A stretch of DNA of 62,812 bases, the filler included, from Chiloscyllium plagiosum (taxonomy: Eukaryota), in assembly GCF_004010195.1 (NCBI RefSeq). It is 6 parts of one record of this genome, joined end to end, with 100 filler letters (N's around TTAATTAATTAA, not from the genome) between each part and the next. Parts side by side here need not be neighbours in the genome. Positions count along the whole stretch, not along the records: positions 33,724 to 41,685 come from NC_057712.1; positions 41,786 to 50,693 come from NC_057712.1; 4 more parts are not named here. One strand, written 5' to 3'. A model generated the notes under the pieces. It was not told where the DNA came from and did no database searches. It was given only the letters and a program-made list of their open reading frames with translations. A program made the translations under genes and the position numbers. Positions 36,850 to 47,869 of this stretch are shown one piece after another; the stretch's first letter is position 1; the number at the start of each line of letters is the position of its first letter.

Positions 36850-38000
36850 TATGACAAGCAAACGTGACACCATGCCCTCTGCCAACCTGGGACTGAACTC
36901 ATTTATGCACCCTTACTGAGGCAGAAGGCTGTCTGGCAGGGCAGCCAATGCATCCAGCATTTTAGCACATGTGTCCATTCTGTGCTGTCCATTATAGGGC
37001 TCCACCTCAAGGGCTCTGCAGCAGAACTCATTTGTCCTGCAAGAAGCTGCAAACAAACTACCCTTCAGCTGGATAGGAGATAGCCTGCAGCCTATCTGTG
37101 TCAGGCAATATGCCGCATCCAAATCCAACCTCTGTATTCGCTGGTGGCCATGTAACTGTTGGATCATATGACAGGATCTCTTCATAAATGATGTGATTTT
37201 GCACTTTTTCTTCCTTCTTGGACATCTGTAGTTGGACAAATAGCACGTTCTCAAGTGATTGAAAGCAGTAAATTTGAAAGGGAAAGTCAATGTGAGGGAA
37301 GGTTGTGGTAGAAGGCAACTCTGATGTGCAGATGGTCATATCATCTGCAGCTTGTCATTTATCAGGCAGTAGCATGTGCAAGATCATGAGTTGAGAAGAA
37401 ATACAACACAGAAATGTACCATCATCCTTAATTTTCTCAGCAACATAGAACGATGGAGCTCTGCAGCTGCTGATCCTATGACTTTGAGAATCATCTTTTG
37501 CACAGGGCTCAGGAGATCCAGGTATCCAGCAATCTCAGCTGCCATAGATTGTGTCTCCAAGGGAGAGGGCAGAATGTCAGTGATTGTGTCAAATCGTGTT
37601 TGGACAATGTGTCTGAATGAGCTGGAGGTATGTGCACACAGTGACAGACCGTTAGGCATGTTACTGTAACATGGAAGGTCTGGCTGTTATATGAATACAG
37701 TTTTGGATGAGTGATGTGGTTATGTACATTACCTTGCACCACAAACCTCACACACTGCGCACTGAGGAGGGGGTTTGTTTTTTAAAGGTATTCACTGGCC
37801 TTGACTGCCCATGTGAGATCCCTAGATCTTGTGGCCCACGTTCTCTCACTCCCTTCTCATACTGCTCTTTGAGGGCTTCCTAACTTAATGAGAAACCACA
37901 GTGTATCTGCTTGAGCATCTCCAACCGTTAGGTACACATCTACAACCCTGTGTGAACATTCCTTTTAGCCTGGTGTTTCCTTTTTCAGATTTAAATTGCA
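36850..38000 (-). mobile_element. Possible decayed PIF/Harbinger Myb/SANT-like accessory gene
   Basis: Weak resemblance only: RKPSKSSMRRE*ENVG and LDLLSPVQKMILKVIG recall Harbinger-associated Myb/SANT proteins; many stops, no TIRs found. Confidence 0.3.
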
Positions 38001-39166
38001 GGAACATTACACAGAGCAGCTTCTCCTTTAAAAGGGACATCCTGCCTTGAATAAGAGTAGACTAATTGCATCTCATTCTCTCTGCAGAATGTTATTCACC
38101 ATCCACCCTTGCCTATGTTGTGTACAGTGTCAGCTGACAGTGTGGAATTTTTTTGGTATTCCTGTGAGACATTGGTGTCAGTGGCTGGCCAGCATTTATT
38201 GTCTATCCCTAGTTGCCCTTGAGAATGGTGTGAGCTAGCTTCTTGAACCCGTTGCAGTCCATGTGCTGTAGGTTGACCCACAATGCCTGAGGGAGGGAAC
38301 TCCAGGATTTTGATCTAGCGACTTTGAAGAAATTACAAGATATTTTCAAGGTTAGTGACTTGAAGTAGAACTTGCTGGCAGTGGTATCTCATGTATCTGC
38401 TGTCCTTATCCTTCTAGGTGCAAGTGGACGTGGGTTTGGAAGGTGCTGTCTGAGGAATTTTAGTGAATTTCTGTTCTGCATCTTGTAGCCGGTACATACT
38501 GTTGCTACTGAACAATGGTGGTGGAGGATGTAAATGCTTGTGGATGTGGTACCAGTCAAGCAGTCTGCTTTGTCCTGGATGATGTCAAGCTTCTGAATGT
38601 TGTGAGTAATTTTCCATCACACTCCTGACTCGTGCCTTGCAGACAGGGTTTGGGGAATCAGGTTACTCGCCACTGTATTCCTAGCTTCTGACCTGGTCTT
38701 ATATCCATTGTGTTTATATGTCAAATCCAGTTGAAATTTTGGTCAATGGTAAACTCTAGGATATTGATAGTGAGGCATTCAGTGATGGTAAATCTCTGAA
38801 TGTCAAGAGACAGTAGTTAGATTGTATCTTATTGAAGATGATCATTGCCTGGCATTTGTGTGGCATGAATTTTACTTGCCCTTTGTCATATCAAGCCTAG
38901 ATATCATCCAGATCATTTTGCATTTGAACATGGACTGCTTCAGTATCTGAGGAGTTGTGAATGGTGCTGAACATTGTGCAATCATCGGCAAACATTTTCT
39001 CTACTAAACCTTATGATGGAGGTAAGATCATAGGTGAAGCAGCTGAAGATGGTTGGGCCGAGGACATTACCCTGAGGAACTCCTGCAGAGATGTTCTGGG
39101 GCTGAGATGACTGACCTCCAATAACTACAACCATCTTCTTTTGTGTCAGGTATGACTCCAACCAGT

Positions 39167-39261
39167 GTCGAGAGTGTAGTGCTGGAAAAGCACAGCAGGT
39201 CAGGCAGCATCCAAGTAGCAGGAGAATCGACGTTTCAGATATAAGCCCTTCATCAAGAATG
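39167..39261 (-). mobile_element. 95-bp family A-like solo terminal repeat
   Basis: 19-bp TSD with one mismatch, AGG(T/C)ATGACTCCAACCAGT (39148-39166, 39262-39280); decayed motif. Confidence 0.85.
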
Positions 39262-39766
39262 AGGCATGACTCCAACCAGTAAAGAGTTTGCCCCCAGATG
39301 CTCATCAATTCCAGTTTTGCCAGGGCTCCTTGATGCCACACTCCAAGAAATGCAGCTTTAATGTGAAGGGCTCTTACTCTCACCTATCTCTAGAATTCAG
39401 CTCTTTTGTCCATATCTGAACTAAAGCTGTAATGAGGTCAGGAGCTGAGTGGCCCTGGTGGAACCCAAACTGGGCATCACTGAGCAGGCTCAGGAGATTC
39501 TGCTTGATAGCACTATTGATGACACTCTCCATCACTTTACTGATGATTGGTGTAGTGTTGGGGCAGTAATTAGTCATGTTTAATTTATCCTGCTTTTTGT
39601 GTACAGGACATACCTGGGCAATTTTCCACGTTGTCGGGTAGATGCCAATGTTATAACGGTATTGGAAGAGCTTGGCTAGGGGAGCAGCAAGTTCTGGGTC
39701 ACATATCTTTGTACAGAACTGTTATACTATTACCAGAATGTTGTCAGGGCCCATAGATTTCTAGTA

Positions 39767-40560
39767 TTGAAGTGGCAGATGGGGTTTAATTTAGATAAAT
39801 GTGAGGTTTGGCATTTTGGGAAAGCAAATCTTAGCAGGACTTATACACTTAATGGTAAGGTCCTAGGGAGTGTTGCTGACCAAAGAGACCTGAGAGTTCA
39901 TAGCTCCTTGAAAGTGGAGTCACAGGTAGACAGGATAGTGAAGAAACCATTTGGTATGCTTTCCTTTACTGGTCAGAGTATTGAGTACAGGAGTTGGGAG
40001 GTCATGTTGTGGCTATGCAGGACATTGGTTAGGCCACTTTTGGAATATTGCGTACAATTCTGGTCTCCTTCCTATTGGAAAGATGTTGTGAAACTTGAAA
40101 GGGTTCAAAAAAGATTTACAAGGATGTTGCCAGGGTTGGAGGATTTGAGCTATAGGGAGAGGCTGAACGGGCTAGGGCTGTTTTCTCTGGAGCGGAGATT
40201 TATAAAATCATGAGGGCCATGGACAGGGTAAATAGGCAAAGTCTTTTCCCTGCAGTCGGGGAGTCCAGAACTAGAGGGTATAGGTTTAGGTTGAGAGGGG
40301 AAAGGTATAAAAGAGACCTAAGGGTCAACTTTTTCACGCAGAGGGTGGTACGTGTATGGAATAAGCTGCCAGAGGAAGTGGTGGAGGCTGGTACAATTGC
40401 AACATTTAAGAGGCATTTGGATGGGTATATGAATAGGATGGGTTTGGAGGGATATGGGCCAGGTACTGGCCGTGGGACTAGATTGGGTTGGGTTATCTGG
40501 TCGGCATGGACGAGTTGGACTGAAGAGTCTGTACATCTCTATTACTCCATGACTCTATTT
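39767..40560 (+). mobile_element. CR1 3' fragment
   Basis: ORFs 39767-40213 and 40210-40587 (LVRPLLEYCVQFWSP...FFTQRVVRVWNKLP); ATGACTCT-type tail. Confidence 0.93.
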
Positions 40561-40894
40561 GATATCATGTGGAGTGAATCAAATTGACTGAAGACTGGTA
40601 TCTGGTAATGCCGGGGATCACTGGAGGAGACTGATATGAATCATCCAGTCAATACCTCTGGTGAAGATTGCTGCAAGTGCTTCAGCCTCATCTTTTGCAC
40701 TAATATGTTGGGTTCTTCCATCATTGGGGATGGGGACATTTATGAAGCTCCATTCTGCAACGAGTTGTTTAATTGTCCACCACACTTCTCAACTGGATGT
40801 GGCAGGACTCAGAAATTAGATCAGGTTTGTTGATTGTGGGATCACCTAGCTCTATCACTTGCTGCTTATACTGTTTGACATGCAAGTAGTCCTG

Positions 40895-41068
40895 GGTCAT
40901 GCTACTCTATGCTACTTTCTCCCCACTCCCACCCTCGTCTAGCTTATCTCTCCATGCTTCAGGCTCACTGCCTTTATTCCTGATGAAGGGCTTTTGTCCG
41001 AAACGTCGATTTCGAAGCTCCTTGGTTGCTGCCTGAACTGCTGTGCTCTTCCAGCACCACTAATCCAG
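40895..41068 (+). mobile_element. Family D solo terminal repeat
   Basis: Perfect 15-bp TSD ATGCAAGTAGTCCTG (40880-40894, 41069-41083); motif CTGATGA-A-GGGC-TTTT-GTCC-GAA-ACGT-C at 40980-41007. Confidence 0.88.
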
Positions 41069-41336
41069 ATGCAAGTAGTCCTGTTTGGTATCTTCACCAG
41101 GTTGATACCTCATCTTCAGATACTCCTGATGCTGCTCCTGGCATGCCCTCCTGAACTCACCATTGAACCCACCTATTTCCTGGTGCAGTTACAATAAAGA
41201 GGCAGTGGCACCAAATGTGGGTGTTGCCCATTTTCAACCAAGCCAGTGAGAGTAGGTTGCACACCATCACTCCAGTGTCTGGAAATTAGGGTGAACTCAT
41301 TTCCATTCAAGCTCTTCTGACCGTGGGCAGTAATAT

Positions 41337-41685
41337 AGAGTCATAGAGTCATAGAGATGTACAGCATGGAAACAGACCAGATATCACAACCCAATGTAGT
41401 TCCACCTGCCAGCACCCAGCCCATATCCCTCCAAATCCTTCCTATTCATATACCCATCCAAATGCCTCTTAAATGTTGCAATTGTATCAGCCTCCACCAC
41501 ATCCTCTGGCAGCTCTTTCCATACACGTACCACCCTCTGCGTGAAAAAGTTGCCCCTTAGGTCTATTTTATATCTTTCCCCTCTCACCCTAAACCTATGC
41601 CCTCTAGTTCTGGGCTCCCCAACCCCAGGGGAAAGACTTTGTCTATTTATCCTATCCATGCCCCTCATAATTTTGTAAACCTCTA
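41337..41685 (-). mobile_element. CR1 3' end
   Basis: ORF 41384-41668; (CATAGAGT)n tail. Confidence 0.9.
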
Positions 41686-41785
41686 NNNNNNNNNNNNNNN
41701 NNNNNNNNNNNNNNNNNNNNNNNNNNNNNTTAATTAATTAANNNNNNNNNNNNNNNNNNNNNNNNNNNNNNNNNNNNNNNNNNNN
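41686..41785. other. Artificial 100-bp spacer
   Basis: 44 N + TTAATTAATTAA + 44 N. Confidence 0.97.
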
Positions 41786-42755
41786 TTCCAAGCCACGCAT
41801 CCTAAGTCATGCCTCACCGCATCATAATTTCCCTGACCCCAGCTATTACTCTTGCCCTGTAGTGCACACTTATCCCTCTCCATCACTAGAGTAAAGGTCA
41901 CCGAATTGTGGTCACTGTCCCCAAAGTGCTCACGTACCTCTAATTCTAACACCTGGCCTGGTTCGTTACCCAGAACCAAATCCAGTATGGCCTCACCTCT
42001 TGTTGGCCTGTCTACATATTGTGTCAGGAAACTCTCCTGCACACATTGAACAAACACTGACCCATCTAACGAACTTGAGCTATAGCTTTCCCAATCAATA
42101 TCAGGAAAGTTAAAGTCCCCCATAACAACCACCCTATTACTGTCACTCATCTCCTGAATCACCTTCCCTATCCTTTCTTCTACGTTTCTAGGACTATTGG
42201 GAGGCCTGTAAAAGACTCCTAACAGGGTGAGCTCACCTTTCCTATTCCTAACCTCAGCCCAAACTACCTCAGATGGCAAGTCCTCATCCATCGTCCTTTC
42301 CACCACTGTAATACTATCTTTGACAAGCAATGCCACACCTCCCCCTCTTTTACCCCCACCTCCGCCCCCCCCACAACATTTAAATCCTGGAACCTGCCAC
42401 AGCCAATCCTGTCCCTGTTCTAGCCATGTCTCCGTAATAGCCACAACATTGAAGTCCCAGGTACCAACCCACGCTGCAAGTTCACCTACCTTATTTCGTA
42501 TACTTCTTGCATTGAAGTATACACACTTCAAGCCAGTTTCCTGTTTACAGGCACCCTCCTTTGAAATTGATGCCATGTTCCTAACCTCCCTACACTCCAG
42601 GCCCTGCACCCTGAAGCTACAATCTGGGTTCCCATGCCCCTGCAGAGTTAGTTTAAACCCCCCCCAAGAGCACTAGCAAACCTCCCCCCAAGGATACTGG
42701 TGCCCCTCAGGTTCAGGTGTAGACCATCCTGTTTATAGAGGTCCCACCGTCCCCA
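41786..42755 (-). mobile_element. CR1 LINE ORF2 N-terminus, uninterrupted APE endonuclease reading frame, cut by the segment end
   Basis: Open from 42609 to 41786: YFNARSIRNK, VAITETWL, GGGVALLV, GVFYRPPN, VVMGDFNFPDIDW, PTRGEAILDLVL, GDSDHN. Confidence 0.95.
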
Positions 42756-42759
42756 GTGG

Positions 42760-44120
42760 GGGTTCAAAGATGGTAGCATCATTGAGTGTTAAGGGGATCT
42801 TATTGGTGATGGTCATAGCCTGACATTTGTGTGGCACTAATGTGACTTGTGACTTGGAAGGTGCTGTCTAAGGGTCTTTGGTGAATTTTTGCAATGTATC
42901 TTGTAGATAGTACTGCTGCTACTGAGTGCCGGTTAGGGAGGGATTGAAGGTTTGTAGATGTGGTGCCAATCAAGCAGGTTGCTTTGTCCTGGATGGTGTC
43001 AAGCTTCTTGAGTGTTGTTGGGGCTGCCCCATCCAGGCAAGTGGGGAGTATTCCATTGTACTCCTGACTTGTGCCTTGTAGATGGTGGATAGACTTTGGG
43101 GTGTCAGGAGGTGAATTAGTCGCTACAATATCCCTAGTCGCTGACCTGATCTTATAGCCAGCATGTTTATGTGGTGAGTCCAATTGAGTTTCTGGTCAAT
43201 GGTAACCCCAAGGATGTTGACAGTGGGGGATTCAGTGATGGTAATACCATTGAATGTCAAGGGGTAGTGGTTAGAGTGTCTCTTATTGGTGATGGTCATT
43301 GTCTGGCATTTGTGTGGCACAAATGTTACTTGCCACTTGTTGACCTAAGCCTGCATGTTGTCCAGATTTTGTTGCCTTTGAGCATGGTCTGCTTCAGTAT
43401 CTGAGGAGTTGTGAATGGTGCTGAACAGTGTGCAATCATCGGTGAACATCCCCACTTCTGACCTTATGACAGAGGGAAGATCATTGATGAAACAGCTGAA
43501 GATGGTTGGACCCATGACACTACCCTGAGGGACTCCTGCAGAGATGTCCTAGAGCTGAGATGACTGACCTTTCACAACTACAACCATCTTCCTTTGTGCC
43601 AGGTATGACTCTAACCAGCAGAGTGTTTGCCCCCGATACTCATTGATATCAGTTTTGCCAGGGCTCCTTGATGCTATACTTGGTCAAATGTGGCCTTGAT
43701 GTCAAGGGCTGTCACTCTGACCTCCCCTCTGGAATTCAGCTCTTTTGTTCATGTTTGAACCAAGGCTGTGATGAGGTCAGGAGCTGAGTGACCCTGGCAA
43801 AACTCAAACTGGGCATCACTGAGCAGGTTGTTGCTGAGCAGGTGCTGCTTGATAGCTCTGTTGATGACCCCTTCCATCGCTTTACTGATGACGGAGAGTA
43901 GACTGATTGGGCGGTAATTGGCCGGGTTGGATATGTCCTGCTTTTTGTGTACAGGACATACCTGAGCAATTTTCCACATTGTTGGGTAGATGCCAGTGTT
44001 GTAGCTGTACTGGAAGAGCTTGGCTACGGGAGCAGCAACTTCTGGAGCACACATCTTCAGTACTTTTGCTGGAATGTTATCAGGGCTCATTGCCTTTGCA
44101 GTATCCAGTGCCTTTAGCAC
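42760..44120 (-). mobile_element. CR1/L2-group LINE (second family) RT fragment
   Basis: LDTAKAMSPDNIPAKVLKMCAPE...NPANYRPISLLSVISKAMEG; same family as 38150-41170. Confidence 0.9.
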
Positions 44121-44275
44121 AAGATATGCTAAAAAAAAAGAACTGGCAGATGGAAGGGAAAAAACACAGGGCTTGGCATGAGTCTGGCATCAATAACAGC
44201 AATGACTGAGAAATCAGATATTATAATATACATATTCCATCAACTCAACAATTGAGAACCGCTCTCCTTCGAAAG

Positions 44276-45200
44276 TGTAATGATAAAAGATTAAATGGGA
44301 TTCTCTCTCTGGACATTAATGTAATATTAAAAGAGTTAAACTGCACTGAGTGAACATTCTGGAAGTGAGTGGGGATGATATTCATGCAGGAACGCGAATG
44401 ATTCCCACTCCATTTAGACAGTCATTTGCTACAACCCCCCTTCCCCCCACTATTATCAAATTAAACCATCGTTCAGTCCTTCCATTCAAAAATGCTTTCT
44501 AACCATCCCGTGAAGCTAGGTATACCACAGCTACATTGTCTTTGGGAATCACAAAGTCAGGAAATCATCTGCATAACGATTCCCCAGGAGTACTGCATTT
44601 ACATTATCTCCGAGGATGATCTCATCCTGCCGTTGTACCTGGGGTAACATGTGGTTTTAGGGGAGAGGGGAAGGAGGGGGGTGCCCGTAGTACCTGTAGG
44701 CCTTACCAACTGACCTGTATAAAGGGGATGTGTTTCCTTTATTCGGGGTTGTTTTGACTCGACTTCGCACGCTCGTGAAGAGGGTCAATGGGCTCACTCA
44801 GCTTGTACAAGCTTTAATAAGCTTTAACTGTTCACAGAAGTTGGTGTGCGTGAATTGCATCTCATGTGTGAAACCTCAGGAAAAGATCCTAACATATGGA
44901 GGCAGCAGTGAGATTCCAACATTACATGGAGCTTCCAGGTGGACTGAATAAGCAATCGTCTGAGTGTCGGTTGCATGAGACGGATGGGCCTACAAGGTAA
45001 GCTTCACCTTGATCTCTCTCTCTGTAAACTTAACACTCAGTTGACCCCTCATTTTCTGGAACTCTGTGGCGACGGAATCTTTGAGGTAACCCACGCACTT
45101 GCACACCAACGGGTCGCTTTGCACAAATAGGGTTAAATCGGGGTTAGAATCTCCAGGGCGAAATCAGGGTTAGAGTCCCTGTGAAGTATAAAGTGAAAAA
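44276..45200 (+). mobile_element. Probable 5' LTR (44276-44894) with tRNA-Leu primer-binding site and leader of an ERV or LTR retrotransposon
   Basis: TGTAA...TAACA termini (5' end tentative), TATAAA at 44718, AATAA at 44816, PBS TGGAGGCAGCAGTGAGAT at 44897-44914 (15/18 to TGGTGGCAGCGGTGGGAT, the recalled complement of the tRNA-Leu 3' end), splice donor AAG/GTAAGC at 44997. Confidence 0.6.
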
Positions 45201-46789
45201 GGAGTTTAAAGTTCTACAGACATGGGGTTTGAGGCTCTGGAGCATTAAAAAGAAATTAGAATTACTACTTAAAGTTATTGCCTTTATCCCTCACACCTCC
45301 CCTGAAAACTACTTTTGGGATGGCATGGCATCACCAGGAAAAGGGGTAGAAAGTGGAGCCAGGTCCGCTCGATTCCTGACAGTAAAGTGCATTGACTGCC
45401 GGGGAAGCTTTGTCTGGGTTTTTGTTGTGTGAATCTTAGTTTCTGGGCTGTGAACTTGACTCTGAGAGTCTTTGTTCTGGGGGAAGGGGAGTGGTTTGGA
45501 CTGTGGCACTGTGTGGTCTGCTGCAAGGGTTTTTTTCTTTATAGGTGTGATTTTGCTGGGAGGCTACGGCTGGTCTTTCTTTCCTTTGCAGCCTCGTCTG
45601 GTGATGGGGTAGCGTTCCTCGGCCCAGTTTCCACCGAGGTGAGGATGTTTTAGTGATCCTATTGTGAGCGCATGCCAGGCACTGTGGGGTTTGCGGAGCT
45701 TTGGGAATCTTGGTCCAATGCTGTCTCAGTCCTGTTAATTACTGTTAAGACTTCATTGGCCCCTTCATATTGCAAATTCAAAGAATACTGATCTCTCCCA
45801 AAGTTGCCACTGTAATTCTGACGGGGCAAGTTTCATTTGGAGAACGTATTTTAAAATATTCTGCATTTGTTTCCCACAAATATTTGAGATTTAAATCTGA
45901 ACTGAAACCATCTCTTTAATGGCTAAGAACAGGAAGCATTTTGTTGTTTTCTACTGTTCCAGATAACTGGTAACACCTAAACCACGATTCCACATCCAAT
46001 TGTTGGTATTCAATGAGGCTGATGAACCTAATCTTTTCAAAAGTTTCTTAATTCCTGCATTAGTCACCCCACCCTTTGAAAAGTTAGTAGTTATTTTCAT
46101 TTCATTGGAGCAGTGCATTCAGCGCACAGCCAGATTCTCTTTTTTTCTGCTTAAAACCAATAACGTAAGTGGATTACAAACCTCAGCTAGAAGGTTTGAG
46201 GCAATCGCAGAAACAGTTAGTTTGTTCCATTAATCTGCTTGCCTTATCTGCAGCACCTGAAGGAAACCCCAGAAGAGAAATATAAGAACAAAAGGGTAGT
46301 TTTGGGCTGGCAATTGTTCTAGGGACTGTTGTGGAACTAAGTGGTCAACACTTGTACTTCTGGGACTACATCAGCTCCAAAAACGTTTTGGGAGAGAGCT
46401 CTAAACAAAGTTGCATCTTAGAGGAGGCTCAATGTCTCAGGTTCTCTCAATTTTCAAGAGAAGTCTGATAAGAGGTAGAAGCCCTTAATTAGCATACACA
46501 AAACTTAAAACCTGTTTTTGACAGCCTACCAGCATGTCTCAGAAACAGACAATCTGATATTGGACCAGGCTTCATGCGATGCAAGCGATTGGTCCCTGAA
46601 GTTATTGTTATACTTGTAAACTTCAGAGGTCATCCAATTGATACCACTGCTTATGTGGAAAACAAGTTTAGAAGACAAATATCAAATTTTGTAGCTGTTG
46701 AAAATATGAAATAAAAACATTAAATTGAAATACTCTTCAGAACACTCATTGCCTTTACAGGAAGCCAGAGTTAGCCATTCATAGAATCA

Positions 46790-47480
46790 TATGGTGGAGA
46801 AGAAACTCTTCATCCCATCAAGACTACATTCACATATATGAAATACCTGATCTTCAACCTAATCCCATTTACAAGCACTAGGCCCAAGCCTTGAATGTTA
46901 TGACGTACCAAGTGCTCATCCAAAGGTTGTGAGGCAATTTGTCTCTGCCACCTTGCCAGGCAGTGAATTCTACACCATCATCACCCTCTGGGTAAAAAGA
47001 TTTTTCATCTCATCCCCCCAAACCTCCTGCCCCTCACCTTGAACCTGTGTCCCCTCGTGACTGACCCTTCAACTAAGGGGAACATCTGTTCCTTATCCAC
47101 TCTGTCCATGCTCCTTGTAACCTCGTACACCTCAATCAGGTCATCGCAGTCTTCTCTGCTCCAACGAAACCACTCTGCAAAGGACATGCAGGTCCTGGGC
47201 TTCCTCCATCACCAAACACTAACCACCTGACACTTGGAGGAAGAATGCCTCATCTCCTGCCTTGGGACCCTCCAACCACACGGGATCAATGTGAATTTCA
47301 CCAATTTTCCCACTTCCTCTCCCCCCACCTTATTCCCAGTCCCAACCTTCCAACTCGGCACCTCCTTCTGAAACAGTCCTATCTATCCACTCCACCATCC
47401 TCTCCGACCTATCACCATCACCATCACCTCCACCTTCATCTACCTATCACACCCCCTGCTACCTCCCACCTCCATCCATA
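46790..47480. mobile_element. CR1 3' fragment (-, about 46790-47165) abutting a Neptune-type PLE 3' fragment (+, about 47165-47480)
   Basis: DLIEVYEVTRSMDRVDKEQMFPL; HSAKDMQVLG also present in the copy at about 955-985. Confidence 0.8.
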
Positions 47481-47869
47481 CCTGCTACATCCATACCTGT
47501 CTGGATGTTTGCAGACTCGCCAGCAGTTTTCTGTTGTAAAATTTCAGAAATAATTGAGAGGAAGTGGTCTAAGATCCTGTATCCATTATATTATTACAGA
47601 ATGAACTACACAATCAGGAAATGAACTGAACATAAACAGTCACTGGACTTGAAATCTTCTCTCCACAAATACTGTCAGACCCACGCAGTATCTCCAGCAA
47701 TTTCTGTTTTTGTTTCAGATTTCCATCATCTGTAGATCTTTGTTTATGAACAGGCAGGAGGCTGGAAGAACACAGCAAGCCACAAAGAGGTGGAGAAGTC
47801 AACATTTCAGGTATAATCCTTCTTTAGGAATATATAACTTTTTGATTCCAGCATCTGCAGTTTTTTTTT

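Larger units (their letters stand above)
38150..41170 (-). mobile_element. CR1/L2-group LINE (second family), decayed, with three nested insertions (39167-39261, 39767-40560, 40895-41068)
   Basis: ISKVMESVINSAIKQ...DAQFGFHQGHSAPDLITALVQIW; SAGVPQGNVLGPTIFSCF; 3' tail at 38150-38230. Confidence 0.88.

Noticed and set aside
45128..45175. Interstitial telomeric repeat (GGGTTA x3)
   Set aside because: Three separated hexamers in the putative LTR-element leader, not a tandem array.
46170..46257. Minus-strand exon after a strong acceptor (tttccttcag)
   Set aside because: All three frames stop within 25 codons and there is no recognisable protein or partner exon.
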